Shown here in pieces: positions 31,164 through 40,811 of a stretch of 64,000 nt of DNA. Below the pieces are notes generated by a model that was not told the DNA's origin, searched no databases, and saw nothing but the letters and a program-made list of their open reading frames with translations. Numbering within the stretch: the stretch's first letter is position 1; each line of letters begins with the position of its first letter. The position numbers were made by a program, and so were the translations under genes. The DNA is from an uncultured Chloroflexia bacterium (lineage in GTDB: Bacteria > Chloroflexota > Limnocylindria > Limnocylindrales > CSP1-4): the NCBI GenBank assembly GCA_963707215.1, contig CAVPPB010000003.1:288001-352000 (forward strand), read 5' to 3'.

Positions 31164-32699
31164 TCAGCGGCTGGCGGCCGGCTCCGTCGCGTCCCCGGCG
31201 TCCTGCGCCGCGTCGTCTGACTGATCATCGTCGCTCGCCATCACCGACCCGGGGTCGGTCGCCCCGATCGAGGCCGAAGCCTGGACGGCGTCGGCGTCGA
31301 CGGGTGAGGCCTCGTCGTCGTCCTCCGCATGCGGCAGCGGCGGGTGCTCGGGGTGGGCGACCAGCCAGTCGTCGACGAGCCGCTCGACCATCCGACTCCG
31401 TCGCAGGGTGCTGCGGATGAAGTCGCGGCCGCGCTCCGACTCGAAGTAGCCGACGAGCTTGCGGTCGCTGGCGTACCGCTCACGGGCTCGCTCGACCTCG
31501 ACCTCGACGTCGGCGTCGGGCACCGTCAGCCCCTCGGCCTCGGCGATCCTGGTGATGACCATGAGCGTCTTGACCCGCTCCTCGGCCCGCGGTCGCCACT
31601 CGTCATGGAGGCGGCGGTCGACGTCCTCGGGGGTGGCCGGTCGCTTGCCCTCCGGCGCGGTCGGGTCGTCGGCGGTCTCGCCGGACGCGACGGCCGCGAC
31701 GTAGGCGTCGTAGGTAAGACCCTGGCGGGCGAGCGCGCTCCGGAATTCGTCGTGCATCACCTCGATCTCCTGGTCCACGAGCACGTCCGGCAGCTCGAGC
31801 GTCGCGTTGGCGACGGCGTACTCCACGATCCGGTCGGCGAAGGTATGGCGCGCCCGATCGAGGGCGTTCCGCTCCAGGCGCGCGCGAACCTCGGAGCGCA
31901 GCTCGTCAACGGTCGCGTACGGGCCGAGCGAGGAGGCGAAGCCGTCGTCCAGCTCGGGCTGGACCTTCTCCCGCAGCTCCTTCAGGACGATCTCGAAGTG
32001 GGCCGCCTGACCGGCCAGCGTCGCATCCGGGTAGTCCTCCGGAAAGGTGAGGTCGAACCCCTTCGCCTCGTCCACGGCCATGCCGACGACCTGGTCCTCG
32101 AAGCCGGGGATGAGGCGCTCCTCGCCGAGGATCAGCGGCATCCGGTCCGACGAACCGCCCTCGAAGGGCTCCCCGTCGCGGGTGCCCACGTACGAGATCA
32201 CGGCATAGTCGCCTTTCGCGGCCGGCCGATCCTCGACAGCCGAGAGGCTCGCGTACTGGTCGCGCAGCTCGTCGATCACGCTGGCGACCTTGGCGTCGTC
32301 GGTCGCCTCGATCTCGGGCCCGAAGTTGAACGATCGGTAGTCCCCGAGCACGACCTCGGGTCGGACCGGGACGACCGCGTTGAAGAGGAGCGGCTTGCCC
32401 TCCTCGGCCTGGACGACCTCGACCTTGGCCTCGGCGAGGGGCACCACGTCGGACTCGACGAGGGCCTTGCGGTAGGCCCGCTCGACGAGCTGCTCGACGG
32501 CCTCGTCCATGACGGCGGTCGGGCCGAGGACGGCCTCGAGGACGCCTCGCGGCGCCTTGCCGGGCCGGAAGCCGGGGATCCGGGTCCGCTTGCCGAGCCG
32601 CCTGACGGCCTCGTCGATGGCCCGGGCGAGATCCTCGGGAGGGAGCTCGACCTCGAGGCGGACCGAGCTGTTGGGGGCGTTCGTGGTGGTGACGTTCAT
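31164..32699 (-). CDS. tig: Trigger factor
   Basis: [10 protein letters not shown] ribosome-binding signature, FKBP domain ([17 protein letters not shown]); upstream of clpP. Confidence 0.95.
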   Translation of the reverse strand: MNVTTTNAPNSSVRLEVELPPEDLARAIDEAVRRLGKRTRIPGFRPGKAPRGVLEAVLGPTAVMDEAVEQLVERAYRKALVESDVVPLAEAKVEVVQAEEGKPLLFNAVVPVRPEVVLGDYRSFNFGPEIEATDDAKVASVIDELRDQYASLSAVEDRPAAKGDYAVISYVGTRDGEPFEGGSSDRMPLILGEERLIPGFEDQVVGMAVDEAKGFDLTFPEDYPDATLAGQAAHFEIVLKELREKVQPELDDGFASSLGPYATVDELRSEVRARLERNALDRARHTFADRIVEYAVANATLELPDVLVDQEIEVMHDEFRSALARQGLTYDAYVAAVASGETADDPTAPEGKRPATPEDVDRRLHDEWRPRAEERVKTLMVITRIAEAEGLTVPDADVEVEVERARERYASDRKLVGYFESERGRDFIRSTLRRSRMVERLVDDWLVAHPEHPPLPHAEDDDEASPVDADAVQASASIGATDPGSVMASDDDQSDDAAQDAGDATEPAASR

Positions 32700-32753
32700 C
32701 GCCCGGGAAGTATAGGGCGGGTGACCCGGGACGTCGGTCGGGCGCTGTCCAGC

Positions 32754-32841
32754 TGGTAGGCGAGGTCGGGGTCGAACCGACACGCCGCGTACGCGGCACC
32801 GGCTCCTAAGGCCGGCGCGTCTGCCATTCCGCCACTCGCCC
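32754..32841 (-). tRNA. tRNA-Leu (anticodon TAG)
   Basis: GGGCGAG-TGGCGGAATGGCAGACGCG-CCGGC-CTTAGGA-GCCGG, long variable arm, GGTTCGACCCC, encoded 3' CCA. Confidence 0.95.
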
Positions 32842-32873
32842 GGCCCCGAGTCTACCGCGGCGGGGGCGAGCTG

Positions 32874-33572
32874 CTAGCCCTTCGTCGATGTCCCGGGCGG
32901 CTTGGGTGGGGGCGTCGCGGCCGCCCCGCTGCCATCCTCGGACATCGTCGGGTCTCGCCGCTTGAATGCCTGGCGCACCACCTCGCGGCCGATCTGCCCA
33001 GCGATCGGCAGGATGACGACGTTGAGACCCCGGGGGAGCTTGGAGCGGGTCGCCGGCGCTGCCCCGTGCTCCTGGAGGTAGCGGGTGAAGGTACGGTCCA
33101 GCGCTGCTCGCACCGCCTCCCCATCCTTGCCCATCCCGGCCAGGGAGTCCGCGACCTCGGGCGGCAGCGTCGTCGGCGGCTTCGCCTTGCGGCCACGGAG
33201 GAACCGGAGTCCGAGGATCCCACCGCCGATCGCGGCGGCGGCGCCGATCGCCCGCCTGGGGTCCTCGGCGATGCCCTGGGCTGCCTCGGCGACCCTGACC
33301 CGTGGATCCAGGCTCGCTCGGGCCGTGCTCTTCAACGTCGACAGCTCCGAACCGAAGCTGTCACGCGCCGCCAGGACCTGGGCCCGCGCCTCGAGCACCT
33401 CGGGCCGGGACATGACCGCGCCGGTCCGGTCCGCCAGCTCCGGCGACGCCAGGGAGGCGGGCGCTGGCTGGGTGGCAGGCTCCGTCTCGGCCCCGGCGGC
33501 CCCGGGATCTGCCTGGGGCTCGCTCGCCACGGGGCGCTGCGGATCGGAGGCCTGGGGTCGCGGCTCGCTCAT
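32874..33572 (-). CDS. Hypothetical protein, DUF3618-like
   Basis: C-terminal part of the 480-aa ORF; EARAQVLAARDSFGSELSTL helix plus one TM; start overlaps the stop of the upstream DUF1469-like gene. Confidence 0.65.
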   Translation of the reverse strand: MSEPRPQASDPQRPVASEPQADPGAAGAETEPATQPAPASLASPELADRTGAVMSRPEVLEARAQVLAARDSFGSELSTLKSTARASLDPRVRVAEAAQGIAEDPRRAIGAAAAIGGGILGLRFLRGRKAKPPTTLPPEVADSLAGMGKDGEAVRAALDRTFTRYLQEHGAAPATRSKLPRGLNVVILPIAGQIGREVVRQAFKRRDPTMSEDGSGAAATPPPKPPGTSTKG

Positions 33573-34567
33573 GAGGGCTCCTCGTCTCGCGGCTCCGGGC
33601 CATCGGCGGCGCGCTGGGCGGTGTCCTCGGCACCCCGAACGGCATCCGTCGCAGCGGTGGTCGCGTCGGCGGCCGCCGCGTCGGCGGTCTCGACAGCCTC
33701 CTGGGCTGCATCGGCGGCTTGCTGCGCAGCCGGGGCCGTCTCGTCGGGCCTCACGCCCAGGAACACGAGTGTCTCGCGAGCGGTCTCGACGGTCTGCTCC
33801 GGGTAGAACCGGGCCCGGAACGAATCCTCGTCGACGCCGCGTCGCGACAGGTCGTAGAGCATGAAGCCGATCCAGCCGAGCAGACCCACCAGGACCCCCA
33901 GGGCGATCCCGACCTGGAGCCCGAAGGCGATCGCCGTGAAGGCCCCGACGAGGACGCCGACCAGCGTCCCCGTCACCAGCCCGTTGACGATCGAGGACGG
34001 TCCGCCCTGCCAGGCTCCGATGATGGCACCCACGACGGCTCCTGCGATCGCCGAGAGCATCGCGGCAGTGACGAGCAGGCGCCACTCCTCGGCAAGATCG
34101 AGGTTCATCGCGTCGGCGACCGCTTCCCAGAAGATGTTCGTCACGTTCAGCGCGAAGATCACCGCGGCGACGAAGCCGACGAGGACGCCGAGGACGACGG
34201 CGAGCTCGACCGGGCGCGGGTTCGGATCGAGGAACAGGACGATCGCGGTCACCGCGATGGCTGCCGAGAAGATGGCACCGTGAAGCACGCCCCAGCCCAT
34301 CGAGCCGAAGAGCCACTCCCCGAGGAAGAGCGTGCTGCCGACCGGCACCAGGATCGCGATGAACAGCACCATCGCGATGGCGATGCCGAACTCGGCGGCA
34401 GCGATCTTGACGTTGTCGAGGATGGGCCGGAACTCGGTCCGGGCGAGCTCGACGTGGGCGTCGAGCAGCCCGCGCCCTGCCTCGAACGTCCGCTTGGTCT
34501 GGTCGCGCAGCCCAGGGCGCCTGGGGCGGCGCGGTGCGGCACCCCCGGGTCGATCGGCAGCAGTCAA
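33569..34567 (-). CDS. Expanded DUF1469/phage-holin-family-like membrane protein
   Basis: LLDAHVELARTEF N-terminal motif and C-terminal PEQTVETARET motif; ~6-7 TM helices; TTG start after GGAGGG. Confidence 0.65.
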   Translation of the reverse strand: MTAADRPGGAAPRRPRRPGLRDQTKRTFEAGRGLLDAHVELARTEFRPILDNVKIAAAEFGIAIAMVLFIAILVPVGSTLFLGEWLFGSMGWGVLHGAIFSAAIAVTAIVLFLDPNPRPVELAVVLGVLVGFVAAVIFALNVTNIFWEAVADAMNLDLAEEWRLLVTAAMLSAIAGAVVGAIIGAWQGGPSSIVNGLVTGTLVGVLVGAFTAIAFGLQVGIALGVLVGLLGWIGFMLYDLSRRGVDEDSFRARFYPEQTVETARETLVFLGVRPDETAPAAQQAADAAQEAVETADAAAADATTAATDAVRGAEDTAQRAADGPEPRDEEPS

Positions 34568-34763
34568 CGGATCCCTATCCCTCCGGTGCGTGGCCCGATG
34601 ATACGACCCGGCAGCGGAGCCGGGCACCGCACGGTCCATCACACGGGCCCAGCTCGGTCCATCATCCGACCCGAGGGCGCGTCTGGCGGGCCTGCTAGGC
34701 TGCCGGCGTGATCAGCCCTTCGCGGGCACGCCCTGCCAGAGCGGGATCCCGCCACGAGGTCCC

Positions 34764-35996
34764 ATGGAACCCGAACGACGCTCCATCCTGACCGCCGCCA
34801 TCCTCTCGGTCGGCACCGAGATCACGACCGGGACGATCCGCGATACGAACGCGGGCGAGCTCGCCCGGGAGCTGAGCGATCTCGGGGTCACGGTGACCGG
34901 GCTGGCTGCCCTGCCCGACGATCTCGATGCCCTGGTGACGGCGCTCCGGGAGCGGCTCGCGGTCGCTGACGCGGTCATCACCACTGGCGGCCTCGGACCG
35001 ACCCCGGACGACCTCACCAGGGAGGCGATCGCACTCGTCGCCGACGAGACCCCGGTGGTCGACCCGGAGGTCGAGGCCTGGCTCCGATCACTGTGGGCTC
35101 GCCGCGGGATGCCCTACCCCGAGTCCAACCAGAAGCAGGCCTGGCGGATCCCCTCGTCGACGGTCCTGCCGAACGGCAACGGGACCGCACCCGGCTGGTG
35201 GGTCGACCTGCCCGACGAGCGGATCGTGATCGCCCTGCCCGGCCCACCGCGAGAGATGCGACCGATGTGGCGGGATCGCGTGCTGCCCCGGCTCCGCGAG
35301 CGGGACCTCGGACAGCCACGGGTCGTGCGAACGCTGCGGCTCATCGGGATCGGCGAGTCACAGCTCGCCGACGAGCTCGGCGACCTCCTCCGGGCCGCCG
35401 AGCCGGTGATCGCGACGTACGCACGAGCCGACGCGGTGGATGTCCGGGTCACCGCGGTCGGCCCGGAGACCGCCGCTCCCGCTGCGGCACGGTCCCGGGC
35501 CGAGGAGCTGGCTGCCGCCGCCGAGGCAGAGCTCGTGGCCCGCATCGGTGCCCACGTGTGGGGCCACGACGACGACACCTGGCCGAAGGTCGTGGGCGAC
35601 GCCCTGGCGAGGCTCGGCCGTCGCCTGGCCATCGTGGAGTGCGGGACCGGTGGCCGCCTCGCCGCGCTGCTGGCCGACACCCCCGGTCTGCTGGAGAGTC
35701 GCTCGCTGGCGGCCGAGGCACGTGCGGCCGAGCGGATCGGGCGGGGTCGACCGGCCGCCGACGGGCTCGAGCGGCTCGCCGCCGACGTGGCCGCCGAGAC
35801 CGGCGCCGAATGGGTCCTGGCCCTGGCCGCCGTCCCGCTCGGATCGGACACGGAGATCACGGTGCTTCTGGCCGCCGACGGCGCCCTGCGCTCCGAGCGT
35901 CACCTCGCACCGGTCAGCGGGGCGACCGCCGCCGGAAGGGCCTCGCTCGTCGCGGTCGCCCACCTGCACGGGGCGTTGCGCGACGCCCTGCGGTAG
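34764..35996 (+). CDS. cinA: Competence/damage-inducible protein CinA (degenerate C-terminal PncC-like domain)
   Basis: SVGTEITTG, DTNA, TTGGLGPTPDDLT, NGTAPG, LPGPPREM, GIGES, ECGTGG. Confidence 0.88.
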   Translation: MEPERRSILTAAILSVGTEITTGTIRDTNAGELARELSDLGVTVTGLAALPDDLDALVTALRERLAVADAVITTGGLGPTPDDLTREAIALVADETPVVDPEVEAWLRSLWARRGMPYPESNQKQAWRIPSSTVLPNGNGTAPGWWVDLPDERIVIALPGPPREMRPMWRDRVLPRLRERDLGQPRVVRTLRLIGIGESQLADELGDLLRAAEPVIATYARADAVDVRVTAVGPETAAPAAARSRAEELAAAAEAELVARIGAHVWGHDDDTWPKVVGDALARLGRRLAIVECGTGGRLAALLADTPGLLESRSLAAEARAAERIGRGRPAADGLERLAADVAAETGAEWVLALAAVPLGSDTEITVLLAADGALRSERHLAPVSGATAAGRASLVAVAHLHGALRDALR

Positions 35997-36041
35997 GGCT
36001 CGGCCGGATCGGCTGGCCCGCCGGCCGAGGCGGCCCTTGGA

Positions 36042-37118
36042 CTACGTGATCGTCAGGATCGGGGCCTCGGCCTGATCGGCGCGGATGCTCATGCGGGCGG
36101 CCACCTGCTGGGCCAGCCGGGTCATCGCCTCGGCGGCCGGACCCGGCTCGCGCTGGGCGACCGCCGGCACGCCGACGTCGCCACCCTGGCGCACGGTGAC
36201 GTCGAGCGGGATGCCGCCCAGGAAGTCGAGCCCCTGCTCGGCGGCGAAGCGCTCCCCGCCCCCGCGCCCGAAGATCTCGGTCGTCTCGCCGCAATGGGCA
36301 CAGACGAAGCCGCTCATGTTCTCGATGACGCCGATCACCGGGACGCTCATCCGACGGAGCATCGAGAGCGCCTTGCCGACATCCGACAGCGAGACCTCCT
36401 GAGGGGTCGTGACGAGGACCGTGCCACTGATCGGCACGGCCTGGGCGAGCGTCAGCTGGGCATCGGACGTGCCGGGCGGCAGGTCGACGACGAGGTAGTC
36501 GAGCTCTCCCCACTCCACGTCCCGCAGGAACTGCTGGATGGCGCCCCCGACGAGCGGACCGCGCCAGACGATGGGCTGGCCATCGGGGACGAAGAACTGG
36601 ATCGAGATGACCTTGACCCCGTAGCGCTCCAGCGGCTCGATCTTGTTGTCCGGGCTCGCCTTGGGCTGGCCGTCGACCCCCAGCATCATCGGGATGTTCG
36701 GCCCGGTGATGTCGGCATCGAGCAAGCCGACCGATGCCCCGGCCCGGGCGAGCGCGACGGCGAGATTCACGCTGACGGTGCTCTTGCCGACGCCGCCCTT
36801 GCCGGAGGCCACGGCGATGATGTTCTTGACGCCAGGGACCAGCTGCTCGGGCGCACGCGGGCTCGCGCGCCGGACGGTGGCGCCCCAGGCGATATCGATC
36901 GAGGTCGCGCCCAGGGGCGCCAGCGCCGCCCGGGCCTCGGTCTCGATCTGGTCCTTGAGAGGACAGGCGGGCGTCGTCAGCTCGATCGTGAAGGCGATCC
37001 GACCGTCGTCGACGACGAGGTCCTTGATCATCTGGCGGGTCACCAGGTCGCCGCCGAGCTCCGGCTCCTGGACGGTTCGAAGGACGTCGTACACGGCGGC
37101 TTCGTCGAGCGTGGTCAT
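36042..37118 (-). CDS. mrp: Mrp/NBP35 (ApbC) Fe-S cluster carrier ATPase
   Basis: LTTPACPLK, SGKGGVGKST, DADITGP, WRGP, DLPPGT, ENMSGFVCAHCG. Confidence 0.95.
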   Translation of the reverse strand: MTTLDEAAVYDVLRTVQEPELGGDLVTRQMIKDLVVDDGRIAFTIELTTPACPLKDQIETEARAALAPLGATSIDIAWGATVRRASPRAPEQLVPGVKNIIAVASGKGGVGKSTVSVNLAVALARAGASVGLLDADITGPNIPMMLGVDGQPKASPDNKIEPLERYGVKVISIQFFVPDGQPIVWRGPLVGGAIQQFLRDVEWGELDYLVVDLPPGTSDAQLTLAQAVPISGTVLVTTPQEVSLSDVGKALSMLRRMSVPVIGVIENMSGFVCAHCGETTEIFGRGGGERFAAEQGLDFLGGIPLDVTVRQGGDVGVPAVAQREPGPAAEAMTRLAQQVAARMSIRADQAEAPILTIT

Positions 37119-37226
37119 CTCGTCGGGAAGGCTCCTGGGGCTGCGGGACGCGGGCTGGCCGTGGCTTCGGTGGCACCCGGTTCCCCTATCCTACGGCGTC
37201 CGCGCCGATGACCTGCCGGATCGGAG

Positions 37227-37256
37227 TTGACACCCGCTTCCGCGCGCTCCTATGGT
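37227..37256 (+). promoter_or_regulatory. Sigma70-type promoter of the pot operon
   Basis: TTGACA-18 bp-TATGGT. Confidence 0.7.
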
Positions 37257-37345
37257 GGGCGCGCCCAGACGAGCCGGGCTCGTCGTGCGCCGTGTCGTGG
37301 AGGAGGACCCGGCCGAAGGGCGGCGAGCTGGGAGAGCGTTGGATC

Positions 37346-38446
37346 GTGGCCACGATCGAGGTCCGCCTGACGGACGTCGTGAAGCGGTTCGGCGACATCG
37401 TCGCCGTCGACCACATCGATCTCGAGGTCAATGACGGCGAGTTCTTCTCGCTGCTGGGGCCGTCGGGGTGCGGCAAGACGACCACCCTCCGGATGATCGG
37501 CGGCTTCGACCAGCCGACCTCCGGGCTCATCGAGCTCCAGGGCGAGGACGTCACCTGGCTGCCGCCGTACCGGCGCAACGTGAACACCGTCTTCCAGAAC
37601 TACGCCCTCTTCCCGCACCTCTCGATATTCGACAACGTGGCCTTCGGGCTGCGGCGCAAGAAGGTCGCCGCCACCGAGGTGAAGACGCGGGTCAAGGAGA
37701 TGCTCGACCTGGTCGAGCTGAGCGGCTTCGAGAAGCGCCGCCCGAACCAGATCTCCGGAGGCCAGGCCCAGCGGGTGGCCCTCGCTCGGGCACTGGTCAA
37801 CAAGCCGGCGGTGCTCCTCCTCGACGAGCCGCTCGGCGCGCTCGATCTGAAGCTCAGGAAGCAGATGCAGGTCGAGCTGAAGCGGATCCAGCAGGAGGTC
37901 GGGATCACCTTCATCTACGTGACCCACGACCAGGAGGAGGCGATGACGATGTCGGATCGCATCGCCGTGATGAACCTCGGCCACTACGAGCAGCTCGACG
38001 ACCCGGAGAGCCTGTACGAGCGCCCGGCGACCCGCTTCGTGGCCGGGTTCCTGGGGGTCAGCAACCTCCTGCCCGGCCGCCTCGACGGCACCGCCGACGG
38101 CTACGGGGTCGTCCGCCTCGACGACGACACGGCCGTTCGGGTGCCGCTTTCGATGGTCGAAGGCCGGACGGATTTCGAGGTCGGCGTGCGGCCCGAGAAG
38201 ATCCGCCTCCTCGAACGTGATGAGGAGGCTCCAGCCGGCCACAACGTCATCAGCGGCACGGTGCGCGACGCGTCCTACATCGGCGTCAGCACCCAGTACA
38301 TCGTCCAGGCTCGGGGCGGTGCGAAGCTGACCGTCTACGAGCAGAACATCACCCGGGCCACCCGGAGCGACCTCTGGCGCCCCGGGGAGCAGGTCAATCT
38401 CGCCTGGGATCCGGACCACTCGTTCGCGGTCCGGCCAAGTGCGTGA
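37346..38446 (+). CDS. potA: Polyamine ABC transporter ATP-binding protein
   Basis: GPSGCGKTT, VFQNYALFPH, ISGGQ, LLLDEP, TOBE C-terminus; GTG start. Confidence 0.92.
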   Translation: MATIEVRLTDVVKRFGDIVAVDHIDLEVNDGEFFSLLGPSGCGKTTTLRMIGGFDQPTSGLIELQGEDVTWLPPYRRNVNTVFQNYALFPHLSIFDNVAFGLRRKKVAATEVKTRVKEMLDLVELSGFEKRRPNQISGGQAQRVALARALVNKPAVLLLDEPLGALDLKLRKQMQVELKRIQQEVGITFIYVTHDQEEAMTMSDRIAVMNLGHYEQLDDPESLYERPATRFVAGFLGVSNLLPGRLDGTADGYGVVRLDDDTAVRVPLSMVEGRTDFEVGVRPEKIRLLERDEEAPAGHNVISGTVRDASYIGVSTQYIVQARGGAKLTVYEQNITRATRSDLWRPGEQVNLAWDPDHSFAVRPSA

Positions 38447-38489
38447 GGCCGACGATCTGGACCCAAGCGTCCCGCTAGGAGGACCGGCG

Positions 38490-39689
38490 ATGACCGAGAC
38501 ACGGACCGAGCACGATGCGCTGGCGGCGCTGTCCCGGCGGACCTTCCTCCAGGGATCAGCCCTGGCTGGATTCGGGGCCTTCCTGGCGGCCTGTAGCAGC
38601 GGAGCAACGCCCGAACCATCGGCCGGCGCTTCGATGGAGCCCGACGGTGGGGAGATCGTCGGACCGCTGAACTGGGCCAACTGGCCGGCCTACATCGACC
38701 TCAACGACGAGGAGACCGAATCGCCGACCCTGGTGGCCTTCGAGGAGGAGTTCGGGATCGAGGTCAACTACGTCGAGGACATCCAGAGCAACGAGGACTT
38801 CTTCGCGACGCTGCAGCCGTCCCTGTCGGCCGGCCTGGATACGGGCTGGGACCTCATCGTCATGACCGACTACATGGCGGCCCGGCTCGTCAACCTCGGC
38901 TGGGTGGAGGAGATCAACAAGGCCAACCTCCCGACCGCGGTCGCCAACCTCCGGGAAGGCCTGGAGATCGCCTGGGATATGGACTTCACCTACCACTTCC
39001 CGTACCAGTCGGGCGCCACGGCCGTCGGCTACAACTCGGTCTCGACTGGTCGCGACCTGACCTCCATCGGCGATCTCTTCGACCCGGCCTTCAAGGGCAA
39101 GGTCACCCTCCTCGCGGGCTGGCAGGACACGTTCCCGCTGATCGGCCTGTGGCTCTACGACCAGGGCGAGATCGAGCACCTGCCGCCCGAGATGACCAAC
39201 GAGGACGCCGACGCGGTCTTCGCGTTCCTGAAGCCCTACGTGGACGATGGCCATATCCGGGCGTTCACCGGCAACGAGTACCTCCAGGACTTCGCCAGCG
39301 GCGACACCTGGGTGGCCGTCGTCTACTCGGGCGACCTGGCCAGCTCCGGCGGTGAGGACGATGTCTTCATCTACCCGGACGAAGGCTCGATCATCTGGAC
39401 GGACAACTACATGATCCCGAACGGCGCCCAGCACAAGGCGGCCGCCGAGGCGATGATCGACTTCACCTACCGGGTCCCGATCGCCACCCAGATGGCCTAC
39501 TGGATCTACTACATCTCGCCGGTCGAGGGCGTGGCCGAGGAGATCATCAACCTCGACCCCGAGGCCGCCGAGAACCCGCTGCTCTTCCCGCCGCCGGAGG
39601 TCCAGGAGAAGATGTACGCCAACCCGGACCTGTCCACCGAGGACGACGAGTACTGGAACGGGCTGGCCCTCGACCTCGAAGGCGCCTAG
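38490..39689 (+). CDS. potD: Polyamine ABC transporter substrate-binding protein (Tat lipoprotein)
   Basis: SRRTFLQG Tat motif, LAAC lipobox, NWANWPAYID, YSGD, IWTDNY; AGGAGG RBS. Confidence 0.88.
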   Translation: MTETRTEHDALAALSRRTFLQGSALAGFGAFLAACSSGATPEPSAGASMEPDGGEIVGPLNWANWPAYIDLNDEETESPTLVAFEEEFGIEVNYVEDIQSNEDFFATLQPSLSAGLDTGWDLIVMTDYMAARLVNLGWVEEINKANLPTAVANLREGLEIAWDMDFTYHFPYQSGATAVGYNSVSTGRDLTSIGDLFDPAFKGKVTLLAGWQDTFPLIGLWLYDQGEIEHLPPEMTNEDADAVFAFLKPYVDDGHIRAFTGNEYLQDFASGDTWVAVVYSGDLASSGGEDDVFIYPDEGSIIWTDNYMIPNGAQHKAAAEAMIDFTYRVPIATQMAYWIYYISPVEGVAEEIINLDPEAAENPLLFPPPEVQEKMYANPDLSTEDDEYWNGLALDLEGA

Positions 39690-39701
39690 ACAGCGGACTC
39701 C

Positions 39702-39723
39702 GGGGCCCGCGGACGCGGGCCCC
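39702..39723. terminator. Stem-loop after potD (stabiliser)
   Basis: GGGGCCCGC-GGAC-GCGGGCCCC. Confidence 0.55.
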
Positions 39724-39752
39724 TCCCGCATCGGGGAGGGATCGACCGGCCG

Positions 39753-40811
39753 ATGGGCGAGTGGCTCCGCCGTCACAAGGGGGCGATCCCCTGGCTGCTG
39801 ATGCTGCCGGGGCTGCTCTGGCTGGTCATCTTCTTCGTCGTCCCGAACATCCGGATGCTCCAGATGGCGCTGTCGACCGGGACGCTGCTGTCAGGGTTCC
39901 AGAGCCCGCCGGAGGTCTGGGCGTTCTCGAACTTCCCGGACAACATCTCCAAGTTCAGCACCAACCTGATCAATTCGCTGGTGTACGGGGGCCTGGCGAC
40001 GGCGCTGTGCTTCCTGATCGGCTACCCGCTCGCCTACGCGATCGCCTTCCGCGGGGGCCGCTACAAGAACCTGCTCCTGTTCCTGGTCATCGCGCCGTTC
40101 TTCACCAGCTTCCTCATCCGGACGATCTCCTGGAAGATCATCCTGGGCAACGACGGGCCGTTCCTGGTGGTCGTCCGTGACATCGCCGGCCTGGTGCCCT
40201 CGAACTTCACGATCATCGGCACCCCGCTGGCCGTCGTCGCCGGGCTCACGTACGAGTTCCTGCCCTTCATGGTCCTGCCCCTGTACGTGGCCCTGGAGCG
40301 AGTCGACAAGCGCCTCATCGAGGCGGCCCAGGACCTCTATGCCGGTCCCTGGCGCCCCGGGGGCTCGATCGTCGGCATGATCGTCGGAGCCGGCATGGCG
40401 ATCGCCATCGGGGTCGGGCTCGGCTACGCCCGCTTCCTGGGCGACGGAGCCGACCCGCTCGGAGTGGCGATCTGGGGCGTCACCGGGGGCTTCCTCGGGT
40501 TCCTCGTCGGAACGGCGATGATCTCCCAGTCGTTCGTCAGGGTGACCTTCCCGCTGACGCTGCCCGGAGTCTTCGCCGGGTCGCTGCTGGTCCTCATCCC
40601 GACGCTCGGCGACTACGTGAACGCCGAGCTCCTCGGGAGCCCCAAGACCCAGATGCTGGGCAACGTCATCCAGGGCCGGTTCCTGAACCAGAACGACTAC
40701 CCGGTCGCGGCCTCGCTCGCCTTCGTCCTCATGGCCGCCATCCTCGTCGGCATCTTCCTCTACGCCCGGGTCCTCGGCACCGAGGAGCTCGAGCAGGCGT
40801 CCGCGTTTTGA
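39753..40811 (+). CDS. potB: Polyamine ABC transporter permease with internal hydrophobic insertion
   Basis: GYPLAY, PFFTSFLIRT, LPFMVLPLY, EAAQDL, GDYV...LLG. Confidence 0.88.
   Translation: MGEWLRRHKGAIPWLLMLPGLLWLVIFFVVPNIRMLQMALSTGTLLSGFQSPPEVWAFSNFPDNISKFSTNLINSLVYGGLATALCFLIGYPLAYAIAFRGGRYKNLLLFLVIAPFFTSFLIRTISWKIILGNDGPFLVVVRDIAGLVPSNFTIIGTPLAVVAGLTYEFLPFMVLPLYVALERVDKRLIEAAQDLYAGPWRPGGSIVGMIVGAGMAIAIGVGLGYARFLGDGADPLGVAIWGVTGGFLGFLVGTAMISQSFVRVTFPLTLPGVFAGSLLVLIPTLGDYVNAELLGSPKTQMLGNVIQGRFLNQNDYPVAASLAFVLMAAILVGIFLYARVLGTEELEQASAF

Noticed and set aside
32754-34567. tRNA-Leu next to a holin-like gene as a possible prophage/island attachment site
   Set aside because: No integrase, no duplicated tRNA 3' end and no compositional shift. 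A tRNA upstream of tig-clpP-clpX is ordinary synteny, and DUF1469-like proteins are commonly chromosomal.
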